Source: Lama guanicoe
Taxonomy: Eukaryota
DNA length: 64,000 nt
Reading direction: 5' to 3'
NCBI GenBank assembly: GCA_013239625.1
Contig: MU054187.1
Coordinates: forward strand, 11,945,325 to 12,009,324
Positions 40,726-55,863 of this stretch are shown here, one piece after another. Numbering within the stretch: position 1 is the first letter of the stretch; the number at the start of each line of letters is the position of its first letter. Under the pieces are notes generated by a model. The model saw only the letters and a list, made by a program, of their open reading frames with translations, was not told where the DNA came from and ran no database searches. The translations under genes were made by a program, and so were the position numbers.

Positions 40726-40839
40726 ATCCGTGCTTTAGGATTTTCTATCTATAGTATCATGGCCCAGGCCTCACCTACACAACCCTCTCTGTGCTCCTCT
40801 CCAACGCAGCCCAGGCCTCAACCACCGGCGCCCCCTTAC

Positions 40840-41048
40840 CTACCAGGCGACAGCAGCAGAGGCGAAGACACGCGGCGGCCCAGACCCCAGGCCGTGTTCC
40901 TCATCGGGGAGCTGGTCCAGGAGCACCCGGCCCTGGCCCAGCTCCCACACGCTCTGGGCCGGCTCCTGAGACTTCGCAAATGCACGTCCGCGTGCGAGCC
41001 CCTCCCGCTCCCGCTGGTAGCGGGGATGCTCTGGCTGGGGTTCCCACA
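40840..41048 (-). pseudogene. GC-rich 209-bp exon-like module, copy G1 (gene unidentified)
   Basis: gtcccttag acceptor and gtaagg donor. Reads VWEPQPEHPRYQREREGLARGRAF...ELGQGRVLLDQLPDEEHGLGSGPPRVFASAAVAW*; the last codon is CAG in the other copies. Confidence 0.55.
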
Positions 41049-42504
41049 CTAAGGGACACGGCCAGTGGGGCTGACAAGTTGAGCACGGCCATGCGAGGCC
41101 AGGCTGTGGGGCAGTGGGGCTGGTCCACTTCGTGGCCCAGGACTGGCCGGCCGAGTCCCCACCCCTATGCTCCCCCAACCAGACACCGACAGGGTCCCCC
41201 GGCACCCAGTTACAACCACCACTGGCCCTGGGCCAGGCCACACCCCACAGTTCCATTCCCCCTGCTGGACGCCACACAACGCCTCGACCCCCGTCACTGC
41301 CCGCGCATCTCCCAACCAGGCCTCATCCCTGACCCGATCCCCAAAACAAGGCAGAATCCTTCTCCTCATATTGAGGTCCCCACCCCCACACTCTGCCCCA
41401 CTAGGACCTAACTTACAGCCCCTGCAAACAAGCTGACCCCTCATGCTTCACCCCGGGTCCGCCCACCATCCTGGGATGGTCCCCTCACCCCTAACCCCAG
41501 GATTACCACCCCTCCCCTCAATGGGGTCCCCTTACTCTGAGCGTCCCTCACCCCAAGACGGCCCCTGCACACTTCAGCCAGGTGACTTCCACTCTGGGTG
41601 GCCCCTCACTCCTCAACCTGGCCACCCTCACCACGGGATCCCCCCTCCCTCTGAGTGCACCCATGACCCGAGCTGACCCGCTCACTCCTCACCCCACCGG
41701 GGCTGGGGCGGTCTGCGCTCAGGTTCCCGTCGTGACAGCCACCAGACAGGATCCCGAGCAGCGCACGGACACACAGTCCACTGCCCAAGGCTCCTCTTGG
41801 GCACGGTAGGCGGGGCTGGAGACTGTGCCAATTCCCACCAGGGCGCCCTGCACCCCCACCACCTCTGTGCCCAGGGCCTGATCTGAGCAAGGGGGTCAGG
41901 CTGGTCCCGGGCCGCAGGATGCTCGTCACCGGGCTTTGGGCAGCTGATGGCACGCATGGCGGTCTAGACACCTAGGGCGGGAGGCCCTGGGCACGGGGAC
42001 CTGCCGGGACGACCGTGTGGCCCGCGGGAGGACAGCGGGCAGTGGCAGCGGTGGCGGGGGAGGGGGCTACCCTGGGAGAGCCAGTCGACTTGCTCCAATC
42101 TACCCAGCTGCCTGGCCTGAGGCGGCCTCATTTACCCCAGCTTGGCAGAAGGCACTTCTCCCTGAGAGCCTGCTCCTTGGAGGCGGCCAGGGTGCGGTCA
42201 GGGCGTGGCAGCGGTGGCCACTGCAGGATCGGGGCTGCCCCGTGCAACCACAGGGATTTGCGCCCATTTCCCGCTGTGGCTGTCGCACCCCTCCCCACTC
42301 GACGCCACACACTGACTGCACCATGCCCGCCTCCCAGGAGCAGGATGGCCGGTAACCTGCGTCCCATGAGCCTGTGGCAGCAGAGGCTGCCCCGAGTCCA
42401 GGCCGTGTGGGAGAAGGCAGGAAATGACCGGCTCCCCTGGCCACCACCACCACGCTGCCATCTTCCTAGCCACCTGACCTCACTGAGCCCGTGGTCTTAC
42501 TGAA

Positions 42505-44125
42505 CTGGGTATACAGGGAACATATCTCAACACGATACAAAGCTATTCATCACAAACCTACAGCCATCATAATACTCTACCAAGAAAAGCTGAAAGCCGG
42601 TCCACAGAAATCTGGACAAGACAAAGATGCTCACTCTCACCCCTTTTATTCAATATAGTATTGGAAGTCCTAGCCACATCAAATTAGACAGCAAAAAGAA
42701 AGAAAAGGGGTCCAAACTGAAAGACAAGAAATAAAATCCTCATTGTATGCACATGACATGATACTATATACACAAAATCCAAAAGGTTCCACATAAAAAT
42801 GACTATGGCTAATTGAAGTAGTTGGCAAGGTAGGAGAATACAAAATCGACATGCAAAAATCAGTGGCACTTCTTCACAAGAATGTAATCCTCCCTTTTAA
42901 AATTGCATCCAAAACATAAAATACTGAGGAATAAGTCTAACCAAGGACGTGAAATGCTTACATGCACAGACCCATAAAACACTTGAGGGAAGTAAAGAGG
43001 ACTTGAGAAAACGAAAGATAGCCCACTTCCTTCTATTGGAAGAATCGATATTCTTAAAATGGCCGTACCTGCCCAGAGGAATTGACAGACTGCATGCAGA
43101 TCCCTACCAAATCACACAGGCCATTTTTCACAGAACTAGAAAAAATCCTATTAAACTTTACATGGACTCACAAAAGACCCAGGATAACCGAAGCTTTACT
43201 CAAGAAAAACAACAAAGCTGGAGGAATAAGCCTCCCAGAATTCAGACACTACTACAGACCTATGATCAAAACAGCATGGGATTCCTACGAAAACGGACAT
43301 ATGGATCAGTGGGACAGAAATCAGAGCCCAGAAATAAACCCGCAAACTTTTGGTCAATCAATCTTTGACAAAGGAGGGAAGAACCTACCATGGAGGCAAT
43401 GCAGTCTCTTCAGCAAAGGCTGTAGGGAAAACTGGACAGCTGCGTGGAAATCAATGAAGCTAGATGACTGCCTAACACCGTACACAGAAATAAACTCAGA
43501 ATGCCTTAAAAACTTGAACGGAAGACCGGAATCTATAAACCTCTTCAAACAACACACAGGCAACACATTACCTCACATACATCTCAGCAATGATCTCCTA
43601 GGGCACTCTACCCCAGCACCAGAAGGAAAAGCACAAGCAAACACACACACACGGGACCTAGCTGAGCTCACAGGCTTCAGCACAGCAAAGGGAACCATAA
43701 GCAAATCAAAAGCACAACCTACTGAATGGGCGAAAATACCTGCAAACGATTCGACTGACAAAGGCTTCATTTCCAGACTACGTAATCAGGGCATACAACT
43801 TAGTAACTGAACAACACACACCCCAATCCAAACACGGGCAGAAGACCTGTACACGCATTTCTCCAATGAAGGCACAGAAACGGCCAACAGGCACATGAAC
43901 AAAATGCTCACTATCTCTCCTTATCAGAGAAACGCAAGTCAACACTACAACGAGGCATTACCTCACACACGCAGTCAGAAAGCCCATCATTCAACAGAAG
44001 TCCACAAAGGAGAAACACTGGTAGGCTGTGGACAGAAGGGGACCCTCCTACACTGCTGGTGGCACTGTAGTTTGGCGTAGCCACTGTGAAAGACAGTTTT
44101 GAGATTTTTCCAAAGACTAACTAAA
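42505..44125 (+). mobile_element. Decayed LINE-1 ORF2 fragment (RT to C-terminal region)
   Basis: ORF 43082..43810 FFTELEKILLNFTWTHKRPRI...KKNNKAGGISLPEFR.YY...DQWDRNQSPEINP...IFDKGGKN. Confidence 0.93.
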
Positions 44126-45288
44126 ACCACAGTTGCCAAAACATTTCGATCTCGGGGGCAGGCCTGCAAGTTCCCAAAAGCCCCGGGCCTCGCCCGTTAT
44201 TCCAACCTGGAGGGCCCAGGGCGGCCTGCCGCCACCAGGCAGGTCCACCTAAGCAGGAAGGCCATGGCCTGAGGGCCGGTCGGAGGTGCTCCAAGGTCAC
44301 TCCGGCGCCCTCCCACCTCCCGGGGCTGCTCCCGCTTTCCTAAAGCCACGTGTGAGTGGCGATGAAGACACCAGGGTTCAGTGACTATTGATGGCGGGGG
44401 CGATGCACCACAAACCAGGGCGGCGGCCCTGGACCCGCCTCAGGGGCCTAACGGGCCATGAGGCCCGGGCCTCACCTACACAGCCATCCCTGTGCGCCTC
44501 CTCAGCGTAGGCCAGGCCTCAACCACTGGCTCCCCGACCTGCGCGCCCCCACCGGCACCCCCTTACCTGCCAGGCGACAGCAGCGGAGGCGAAGGCACAC
44601 AGTGGCCCGGACCCCAGGCCGTGCTCATCCTCGGGCAGCCAGCCCAGGAGCACCCGGCCCTGGCCCAGCTCCCTCATGTCCTGGGCCGGCTCCCGCGCAG
44701 CCGTGCATGCGCGTCCACGTCAGCGCCCTTCCCCCTCCAGCCAGTAGCTGGGACGCTCGGGCTGGGGCTCCCGCACTAAGGGACACGGCCAGTGGGGCCG
44801 ACAGGGGCCGGGTCCGATAGGGGCTGAGCCCGGCCACGCGAGGCCAGGCCGTGGGGCGGTGGGGCTTGTCCACCCTGTGGCCCAGGACTGGCCAGCCGAG
44901 TTCCCACCCCCAATGCCACGCCACCCATACACCGACAGTTTAATAATGCACCTAGGCCTAACACTGGACCTTGCCATAAACCTGAATGTAGCCCTAATTT
45001 CGAACCTAGCCCTAAAACTAAGTATAGCCCTTACCCTGTACCTAGAACAAACACTGAACCCAGCCTTAAGGCTTAACCTAGCCCTACTGGAGAACACACA
45101 CGTAACACTGCACGTAGCCCTAATCCCTAAACTAGCTGTAACCCTGTAACTAGCCCTATCCTAAACCTAGCCCTAACCTTGAACCTAGCCCTGACAGTGA
45201 ACCTAGCCCTAACTGTGAAAATAGCCCTAACGCTGAACATAGCCTGAGCCCTGAACCTAACCCTAATCCTAACCCTCAACCAAGCCCT
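43193..45288 (+). repeat. Copy 1 of a ~2.1 kb direct duplication (partner 61122-63237)
   Basis: Near-identical L1 fragment, GC-rich module and satellite in the same order; ORFs 43354..43566 and 61251..61496 are almost identical. Confidence 0.95.
44567..44775 (-). pseudogene. GC-rich exon-like module, copy G2
   Basis: 209 bp with the same splice-like ends as G1; internal TGA in the G1 frame. Confidence 0.55.
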
Positions 45289-45507
45289 ATGGTTGAACCT
45301 AACCATAACCCTAAACTTAGCCCTATACCTGAATGTACCCCTAACCTTGAACCTAGTCTTAACCTTCAACCTAGCTCTAACCTTCAAACCAGCACGAACA
45401 CTAAAACTAGACCTAACCCTGAAAGTAGCCCACACCGTGAACCTAGACCCAACACTGAACCTAGCCTTAAACCTGAACCTAAGCCTTAATCTAGCCCTAA
45501 CCATGCA
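44945..45507 (+). repeat. Telomere-like hexamer satellite, block T2 (left flank of NUMT)
   Basis: cctagccctaaccttgaacctagccctgac... 6-bp periodicity. Confidence 0.9.
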
Positions 45508-45585
45508 CCTACCCTTAACTCTAGCCCTATGTGTATGACACGTTTCACTACCAATTTTAACAGCATGTGCCCCTCCATAGACATA
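45508..45585 (+). pseudogene. MT-ND1: NUMT ND1 3' fragment
   Basis: CTA CCC TTA ACT CTA GCC CTA TGT GTA TGA CAC GTT TCA CTA CCA = LPLTLALCVWHVSLP (mitochondrial code); premature TAG near the end. Confidence 0.9.
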
Positions 45586-45798
45586 AGAAATATGTCTGAC
45601 AAAAGAGTTACTTTGATATAGAGTAAATAATAAGGTTTAAGCCCTCTTATTTCCAGAACTGCAGGAATTGAGCCTACCCATAAGAATTCAAAATTCTCCA
45701 TGCTACCACACTACACCATATTCTGTTACAGTAAGGTCAGCTAAATTAGCTACCGGCCCCATACCCCAAAAATGTTGGTTTATATCCTTCCCATACTA
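45586..45798. tRNA. NUMT tRNA-Ile (45586-45655 +), tRNA-Gln (~45653-45725 -), tRNA-Met (45730-45798 +) pseudogenes
   Basis: agaaatatgtctgacaaaagagttactttgat... and agtaaggtcagctaaa...cataccc in IQM order. Confidence 0.92.
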
Positions 45799-46847
45799 AT
45801 AAATCCCCTTGTCCTTTGTATTATTCTATTTACAATTATAGCAGGGGCTTTAATTGTAATAATTTGCTCTCACTGACTATCTGAATTGGCTTTGAAATGA
45901 ATATACTTGCCACTATTTCAATTCTAATAAAAAGTTTAGCCCACGGGCCATAGAAGCATCTACTAAATATTTCCTCACCTCACTAACATAAGTAGTATTG
46001 ATGCAGTAGCCAGGTCATCATTAGTAGTCATCATTAACCTACTATACACTCAGGTCAATGAGCCACACAAAAATCTTTAACCAAACTGCATCAATCATCG
46101 TAACTACGGCCTTAATTATAAAACTAGGACTGGCCCCATTTCACTTCTGAGCACCAGAAGTCACACAAGGCATCCCCCTAATATCAGGACTAATCCTACT
46201 GTCCTGACAAAAACTATCCCCCTCTCTGTGCTCTATCAAATCGCACCATCAATCAACCCAGCCATAAGACTAACAGTATCGATGCTATCAATTATAATTG
46301 GAGGCTGAGGAGGACTTAACCAAACCCAGCTGAGAAAGATCATGGCATATTCATCAATTACTCACATAAGATGAATAACTGCAGTTACAGTTTATAACCC
46401 CACCATAGCAGTGCTATACTTACTAATATATCTCACAATAACACTTACAGTATTTATACTATTTACAATTAACTTCACTACAACCATCCTCTATCACATA
46501 CCTGAAACAAGACACCCATTGTCACGGCACTAGTTCTCACTGTCATAATAATACCATAGGAGGCCTCCCCTCATTGTCTGGCTTCATGCCTAAGTGAATA
46601 GTCATTCAAAAATTGACAAAAAACGATAGCATTATCCTACCCACACTAATAGCCATCATGGCACTTCTAAATTTATATTTCTACATACGACTAACGTATT
46701 CTGCAGCACTTACCGTATTCCCTTCATCTAACACCATGAAAATAAAGTGGCAATTAGAGAACACAAAACGAATAACCTCACTACCGATTCTAGTTGTACT
46801 ATCCACACTAATTCTGCCCCTAACCCCAATGTTATCAGTACTAAACT
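45799..46847 (+). pseudogene. MT-ND2: NUMT ND2
   Basis: Starts ATA AAT CCC; motifs KLGLAPFHFW and LLNLYFY; indels and an internal micro-inversion. Confidence 0.95.
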
Positions 46848-47155
46848 GGAATTTAGGTTAAACCAGATCGAGAGCCTTCAAAGCTCTAAGCAAGTACAAT
46901 ATATACTTAATTCCTGCCCGCTAAGGACTGCAAGACTCTATCCTACATCAATTGAATGCAAATCAACCACTTTAATTAAGCTAAGCCCTTTCTAGATTGG
47001 TGGGCTTGCATCCCACGAAATTTTAGTTAACAGCTAAAGAAGCTGCTTCTTTGAATTTGCAATTCAATGTGCTATTCACCACAGGACTTGGTAAAAAGGG
47101 GGCGGTCCCCTCTGTCTTTAGATTTACAGTCTAATGCTTGCTCAGCCATCTCACC
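46848..47155. tRNA. NUMT WANCY cluster: Trp 46848-46916 +, Ala 46922-46990 -, Asn partial 46992-47038 -, Cys partial 47039-47089 -, Tyr 47090-47155 -
   Basis: Recognisable tRNA sequences in WANCY order; Asn and Cys are fused and the O_L hairpin is absent. Confidence 0.9.
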
Positions 47156-47156
47156 T

Positions 47157-48690
<1,534 letters not shown>

Positions 48691-48693
<3 letters not shown>

Positions 48694-48831
48694 GAAGGAA
48701 GGAATCGAACCCTCTTCAATTGGTTTTAAGCCAACCCCATAGCCACTACGACTTTCTCGATCTAGAGATATTAGTAAAATTTACATAACTTTGTCAAGGT
48801 TAAATTATAGGTGGGAGCCCTGTACATCTCT
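48691..48831. tRNA. NUMT tRNA-Ser(UCN) (~48691-48759 -) and tRNA-Asp (48765-48831 +)
   Basis: gaaggaaggaatcgaacc... and gagatattagtaaaa...actttgtcaag between COX1 and COX2. Confidence 0.9.
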
Positions 48832-49515
48832 ATGGCTTATCCTTTTCAGCTAGGCTTCCAAGATGCTACATCGCCTATTATAGAGGAACTACTATATTTT
48901 CATGATCACGCCTTGATGGTTGTATTTTTAATTAGCTCATTAGTTTTATAGATCATCACACTTATGCTGACAACCAAGTTAATGCACACAAGCACTATAG
49001 ATGCGCAGGAGGTTGACACAATCTGAACTATTTTACCGGCTATCATCCTAATTACAATTGCTCTCCCATCACTATGAATTCTTTACATGATGGATGAAAT
49101 TAATAATCCTGTTCTGACCATTAGAACAATCGGCCATCAGTGATACTGAAGTTACGAATATACGGATTATGAAGATCTAAACTTTGACTCCTACATAGTC
49201 CCAACATCAGACCTAAAACCAGGCAAACTGCGATCATTGGAAGTAGACAACTGAGTTGTTTTGCCAATAGAAATAACTACCCGGATATTAGTCACCTCTG
49301 AAGATGTACTACACTCATGAGCAGTCCCTTCTCTAGGACTGAAAACGGATGCAGTCCCTGGGCGCTTAAATCAAAATACATTAATGTCAACATGGCCCGG
49401 ACTCTTCTATGGACAATGCTCAGAAATTTGTGGATCAAACCACAGCTTTATGCCCATTGTCCTTGAAATGGTGCCACTAAAATACTTTGAGGAGTGATCT
49501 AAGTCTATGTTATAA
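48832..49515 (+). pseudogene. MT-CO2: NUMT COX2
   Basis: [15 protein letters not shown]...[15 protein letters not shown], 684 bp; in-frame TAG at 48949-48951. Confidence 0.97.
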
Positions 49516-49518
49516 ATT

Positions 49519-49586
49519 CATTAAGAAGCTAATTAGCATTAACCTTTTAAGTTAAAGAATGAGAGTCATAGACCTCTCCTTAATGA
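49519..49586 (+). tRNA. NUMT tRNA-Lys
   Basis: cattaagaagct...agcattaaccttttaagttaaag. Confidence 0.9.
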
Positions 49587-49587
49587 T

Positions 49588-49790
49588 ATGCCTCAACTAG
49601 ACACATCAACGTGATTTATCGCTATCCTATCAAGACTTCTGACCTTATTTGTCCTATTCCAATTAAAACTTTCCAAACACAGCTACTCATCAAATCCTGA
49701 GTCTAAGTCCAGCAAAACATACAAACAAAACACCCCCTGAGAAACAAAATGAATGAAATTTATTTGCGTCTTTCATTGCCCCAACAATAA
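49588..49790 (+). pseudogene. MT-ATP8: NUMT ATP8
   Basis: MPQLDTSTWF start. Confidence 0.93.
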
Positions 49791-50425
49791 TAGGAATCCC
49801 TATCATTATTATCATTATATTCCCAAGTACATTGCTCCCTACCCCTACCCGGCTAATTAATAACCGGCTCATCTCCATCCAACACTGACTAGTCCAACTT
49901 ACATCAAAGCAAATAATGGCTATTCACAATCATAAGGGACAGACCTGGTCCTTAATGCTAATATCCCTAATCATGTTCATCGGAACTACTAATCTTCTAG
50001 GACTCCTTCCACATTCGTTTACCCCTACTACACAGTTATCAATAAATCTGGGAATGGCGGTCCCCTTGTGGGCTGGGACTGTGGTTACTGGCTTTTGCAA
50101 GAAAACAAAAGCCTCACAAGCACACTTCCTTCCCCAAGGAACACTGACAGCGCTAATTCCTATACTAGTAGTTACTGAGACCATTAGTTTATTTATTCAA
50201 CCCGTAGCACTAGCAGTGCGGCTGACAGCCAATATTACAGCAGGCCATTTATTAATATACCTAATTGGAGGAGCCACCCTAGCACTAAAAAGCATCAATA
50301 TGCCAACAGCTCTTATCACATTTACTGTTCTGGTCTTACTAACAATTCTTGAATTTGCTGTCGCCCTTATTCAGGCCGATGTATTTACTCTAGTAATGAG
50401 CCTGTACCTGCTCGATAATACTTAA
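49749..50425 (+). pseudogene. MT-ATP6: NUMT ATP6
   Basis: ORF 49916..50425 [18 protein letters not shown]...[15 protein letters not shown]; apparent 1-bp deletion just after the start. Confidence 0.97.
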
Positions 50426-51208
50426 TGACCCACCAAGGCCACGCATACCACTTAATAAACCCCAGCCCTTGGCCCCTTACGGGTGCCCTATCGACCCGTC
50501 TAATAACATCCGGCCTAACTATACGATTCCACTTCAACTCAGGCCTCCTATTGTCGCTAGGCCTAATTACAAATGTACTAACAATACACCAACGATGACG
50601 AGACATTATCTGAGAAAGCACATTCCAAGGACACCACACCCCGGCTGTCCAAAAAGCCTTAAGACATGGGATGGTCCTCTTTATTATTTCAGAGGTTTTA
50701 CTCTTTACCGGGTTTTTCTGAGCCTTTTATCACTCAAGCCTCGCCCCCACTCCCGAACTAGGTGTATGCTGCCCCCAACAGGTATTCATCCCCTAAATCC
50801 ACTGGAAGTCCCCATCCTCAGCACTTCTGTCCTGTTGGCCTCTGGAGTATCGATTACCTGAGGCCTCCATAGCCTAACAGATGGCAACCGGGCACACATG
50901 CTGGAAGCCCTGTCTATTACGATCGCCTTAGAGGTATACTTCACACTACTTCAGGCCTCAAGAGTATTATGAGGCACCTTTCACAATCTCAGACAGCGTC
51001 TATGGACCCACCTTTTTTGTGGCCACTGGATTTCACGGCCTACATGTCATTATTGGGTCTACTTTTCCAGCCGTGTGCTTTCTGTGACAACTAAAACTCC
51101 ACTTCACATCTAGCCACCATTTCGGGTTTGAAACTGCTGCTTGATATTGACATTGCATAGATGTCGTGTGACTGTTCTTTTATGTCTCTGTCTATTGATG
51201 AGGATCTT
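50425..51208 (+). pseudogene. MT-CO3: NUMT COX3
   Basis: [32 protein letters not shown]; frameshifts. Confidence 0.96.
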
Positions 51209-51690
51209 GTCCTTTTAGTATTAATTAGTACAACTGACTTCCAATCAGTTAAATTTGGAAAGTCCCGAAAAAGGATAATTAACCTCATACTAGCCTTGCT
51301 TACAAATACTGTCCTAGCATCACTTCTAGTACTAATTGCATTCTGACTCCCTCAGCTAAACATTTATGCAGAAAAAATAAGTCCCTATGAATGTGGATTT
51401 GACCCTATAGGGTCAGCACGCTTACCTTTTTCTATAAAATTTTTCCTAATCGCTATTACATTTCTTCTCTTTGATCTAGAAATTGCACTCCTCTTACCTC
51501 TGCCATGAGCATCCCAAACTATTTATATACCATGCTAGCTATAGCTCTTCTCCTCATCTCATTATTGGCAATTAGCCTCACCTACAAATAAACCCAAAGG
51601 GGGCTCTAGAATGCACTGAATATGATAATCAGTTTAAATAAGATTAATGATTTTGACTCATTAGATTGTGATTAAATTCATAATTATCAA
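51209..51690 (+). pseudogene. MT-ND3: NUMT tRNA-Gly (51209-51277), ND3 (51278-51622), tRNA-Arg (51623-51690)
   Basis: [17 protein letters not shown] and [16 protein letters not shown] motifs; flanking tRNAs in the expected order. Confidence 0.94.
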
Positions 51691-51983
51691 ATGTCTTTAG
51701 TGTATTATGAATATCATCCTGGCACTTATTATACCCCTTGTTGGCTTTTAATAATATATTGATCTCATTTAATATCCTCCTTACTCTGCCTAGGGGGTGT
51801 AATACTCTCACTCTTTGTATTAGCATCCCTTATAATTCTAAATACACACCTCACCCTGGCCACCATAATACCTATTATTCTCCTGGTATTCACGGCATGC
51901 GAAGCCACACTGGGCCTAGCCTTGTTAGTGATAATCTCAAACACATATGGTACAGATTATGTACAAAATCTTTACCTTTTACA

Positions 51984-51990
<7 letters not shown>
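51691..51990 (+). pseudogene. MT-ND4L: NUMT ND4L
   Basis: [31 protein letters not shown]; frameshifted. Confidence 0.92.
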
Positions 51991-53332
<1,342 letters not shown>

Positions 53333-53531
53333 GTAAATATAATTTATGAAAAACACTAGATTGTGGATCTAGCAATAAGAGATGAGAACTCTTTACTTAC
53401 CGAAAAAGCATGCAAGAACTGCTAATTCATGCTACCATATCTAACAGTATGGCTTTTTCAAACTTTTAAAGGATAGAAGTAATCCGTTGGTCTTAGGACC
53501 CAAAACACTGGTGCAACTCCAAATAAAAGTA
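53333..53531 (+). tRNA. NUMT tRNA-His, tRNA-Ser(AGY), tRNA-Leu(CUN)
   Basis: tagattgtggatcta; gcaagaactgctaa; acttttaaaggatag...ttggtcttagga...ggtgcaactccaaataaaagta. Confidence 0.92.
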
Positions 53532-55351
53532 ATAAACATATTTGCAGCCTTCACATTACTCACACTATTTATACTCATGCTACCAATCATTGTAACAACC
53601 TTCAGCATTTATAAAAGCAAAATATATGCCCTGTACATAAGAAACATTATTGCATGTAGCTTCACTGTAAGTTTAGTCCCAGCCATAATATTTATCCACT
53701 CAGGACAAGAAATGATTATCTCAAACTGACACTGAATCACAATTCACACCCTAAAATTATCACTTAGCTTCAAAATAGATTATTTCTCAATGATATTTGT
53801 GCCAGTCGCACTATTCGTGACATGATCCATTATAGAATTTAATATGATACATACGCTCTGACCGCAACATTAATAAATTCTTGAAATACCTGCTCCTCTT
53901 CCTTATCACAATTCTAATCCTCGTTATCGCTAACAACCTCTTTCAACTATTTATTGGCTGAGAGGGGGTGAGAATTATATCTTTCTTATTAACTGGATGA
54001 TGACATGGCCAAGCAGACGCAAACACAGCAGCCTTGCAAGCAATCCTATACAAAAGCATTGGGGATATTGGATTTGTAGCATCCATGGCCTGGTTCCTAA
54101 CTAATCCAAACACATGAGAACTTCAACAAATCTTTATGCTTAAACAGGGCCACCCCAATATGCCACTAATGGGCCTTCTTCTAGCTGCGGCTGGAAAATC
54201 TGCCCAATTTGGCCTACACCCCTGATTACCCTCTGCAATAGGAGGCCCCACTCCTGTATCTGCCCTACTACACTCAAGCACGATAGTTGTAGCAGGGGTT
54301 TTCCTACTCATTCGATTTTACCCCCTAATAGAAAACAACAAAACAATTAAAACTATGACACTATGCCTAGGTGCAATCACCACACTATTCACAGCAATTT
54401 GTGCACTGACACAAAATGACATTAAGAAGATTGTCGCCTTTTCCACCTCAAGCCAGCTGGGTCTCATGATAGTAACAAATGGCATTAAATCAACCCCACC
54501 TGGCATTTCTACACATCTGCACACATGCTTTTTTCAAGGCCATACCATTCATGTGCTTGGGCTCCATCATTCACAGCCTGAATGACGAACAAGACATTCG
54601 AAAAATAGGGGGTCTCTTCAAAGCCATACCTTTCGCCACCACAGCCCTCATTGTTGGCAGCCTGGCCCTAACCAGAATCCCGTGCCTCACAGGATTCTAC
54701 TTCAAGGACATAATTATTGAGGCTCCCAACACGTCGTATACCAACGCCTGAGCCCTTCTTACTACTACTCTGATTGCCACATCCCTTACAGCTGTCTATA
54801 GCACTCGCATCATCTTATATGCCCTCTTAGGTCAACCCCACTTTCCTGCATTAGTTCTAATTAACGAAAATAATCCCCTCCTTATTAACTCCATCAAACG
54901 TCTACTGATTGGGAGCATCTTTGCTGGATTCTTTATGTCCAACAATATTCCCCCCATGACAATTCCCCAAATAACAATGCCCCCCCACCTAAAATTAACC
55001 GCCCTTGCAGTGACAATCTCAGGCTTCGTCCTAGCAATAGACATTAATATCGTAACACAGAACCTAAAATTTACCCAGCCCTCAAAGGTATTTAAATTCT
55101 CCAACCTCCTGGGTTTCTTCCCTATTCTCATACACTGACTGATTCCCTACCTAAACCTCTCAATAAGCCAAAAATCAGCATCCCTACCACTAGACCTAGT
55201 CTGACTATAGGCTGTCCTGCCAAAAACTATTTCCCTCATACCAGTGAAGGCTTCTACACTAGTATCTGACCACAAAGGACTCATTAAGCTACACTTCCTC
55301 TCATTTATTACCCTGGCCCTGATCATAGCCCTGTTTAATTACCCCACATAA
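53532..55351 (+). pseudogene. MT-ND5: NUMT ND5
   Basis: [47 protein letters not shown]; frameshift near 54487. Confidence 0.97.
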
Positions 55352-55862
55352 TCTCTATAATAACAACCACACAACAAACAGGGATCAACCAGTAACAATC
55401 AGCAATCAAGTATCATAACTGTACAGAGCGGCAATCCCCATTGCCTCCTCACTAAAAAACCCAGAATCCCCTGCATCATAAATAACTCAGTCCCCTAGCT
55501 CATTCAACTTAAAAACAACTGCCACCTCCCCTCCTTTTAGTACATAAATGACCGTAACTATTTCCACCATTAAACCAAAGACAAAACCCCTAAACACTGT
55601 TTTATTAGAGGCCCAGACTTCAGGGTACTGCTCCATAGCTATGGCTGTAGTATAGCCAAATACCACTAGTATCCCTCCCAAATAAATCAAAACTACTATT
55701 AGACCTAAGAAAGACCCCCCCAAAACTTAATACAATGCCACAACTCACCCCATCACTTACAATTAACCCTACTCCCCCATAAATCGGAGAAGGCTTAGAA
55801 GAAAAACTAACAAAGCCAGTCACAAAAATAATACTCAGAATAAATACAATGTATGTCATCAT
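55335..55862 (-). pseudogene. MT-ND6: NUMT ND6
   Basis: [10 protein letters not shown]...[10 protein letters not shown] and [15 protein letters not shown] lie in two different frames (frameshift). Confidence 0.95.
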
Positions 55863-55863
55863 A

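Noticed and set aside
42949..43810. Active LINE-1
   Set aside because: Fragmentary and frameshifted, with no 5'UTR or ORF1 attached.
40131..45507. CRISPR-like array or true telomere
   Set aside because: No constant repeat with unique spacers in this eukaryotic context, and the arrays are highly degenerate and interstitial.
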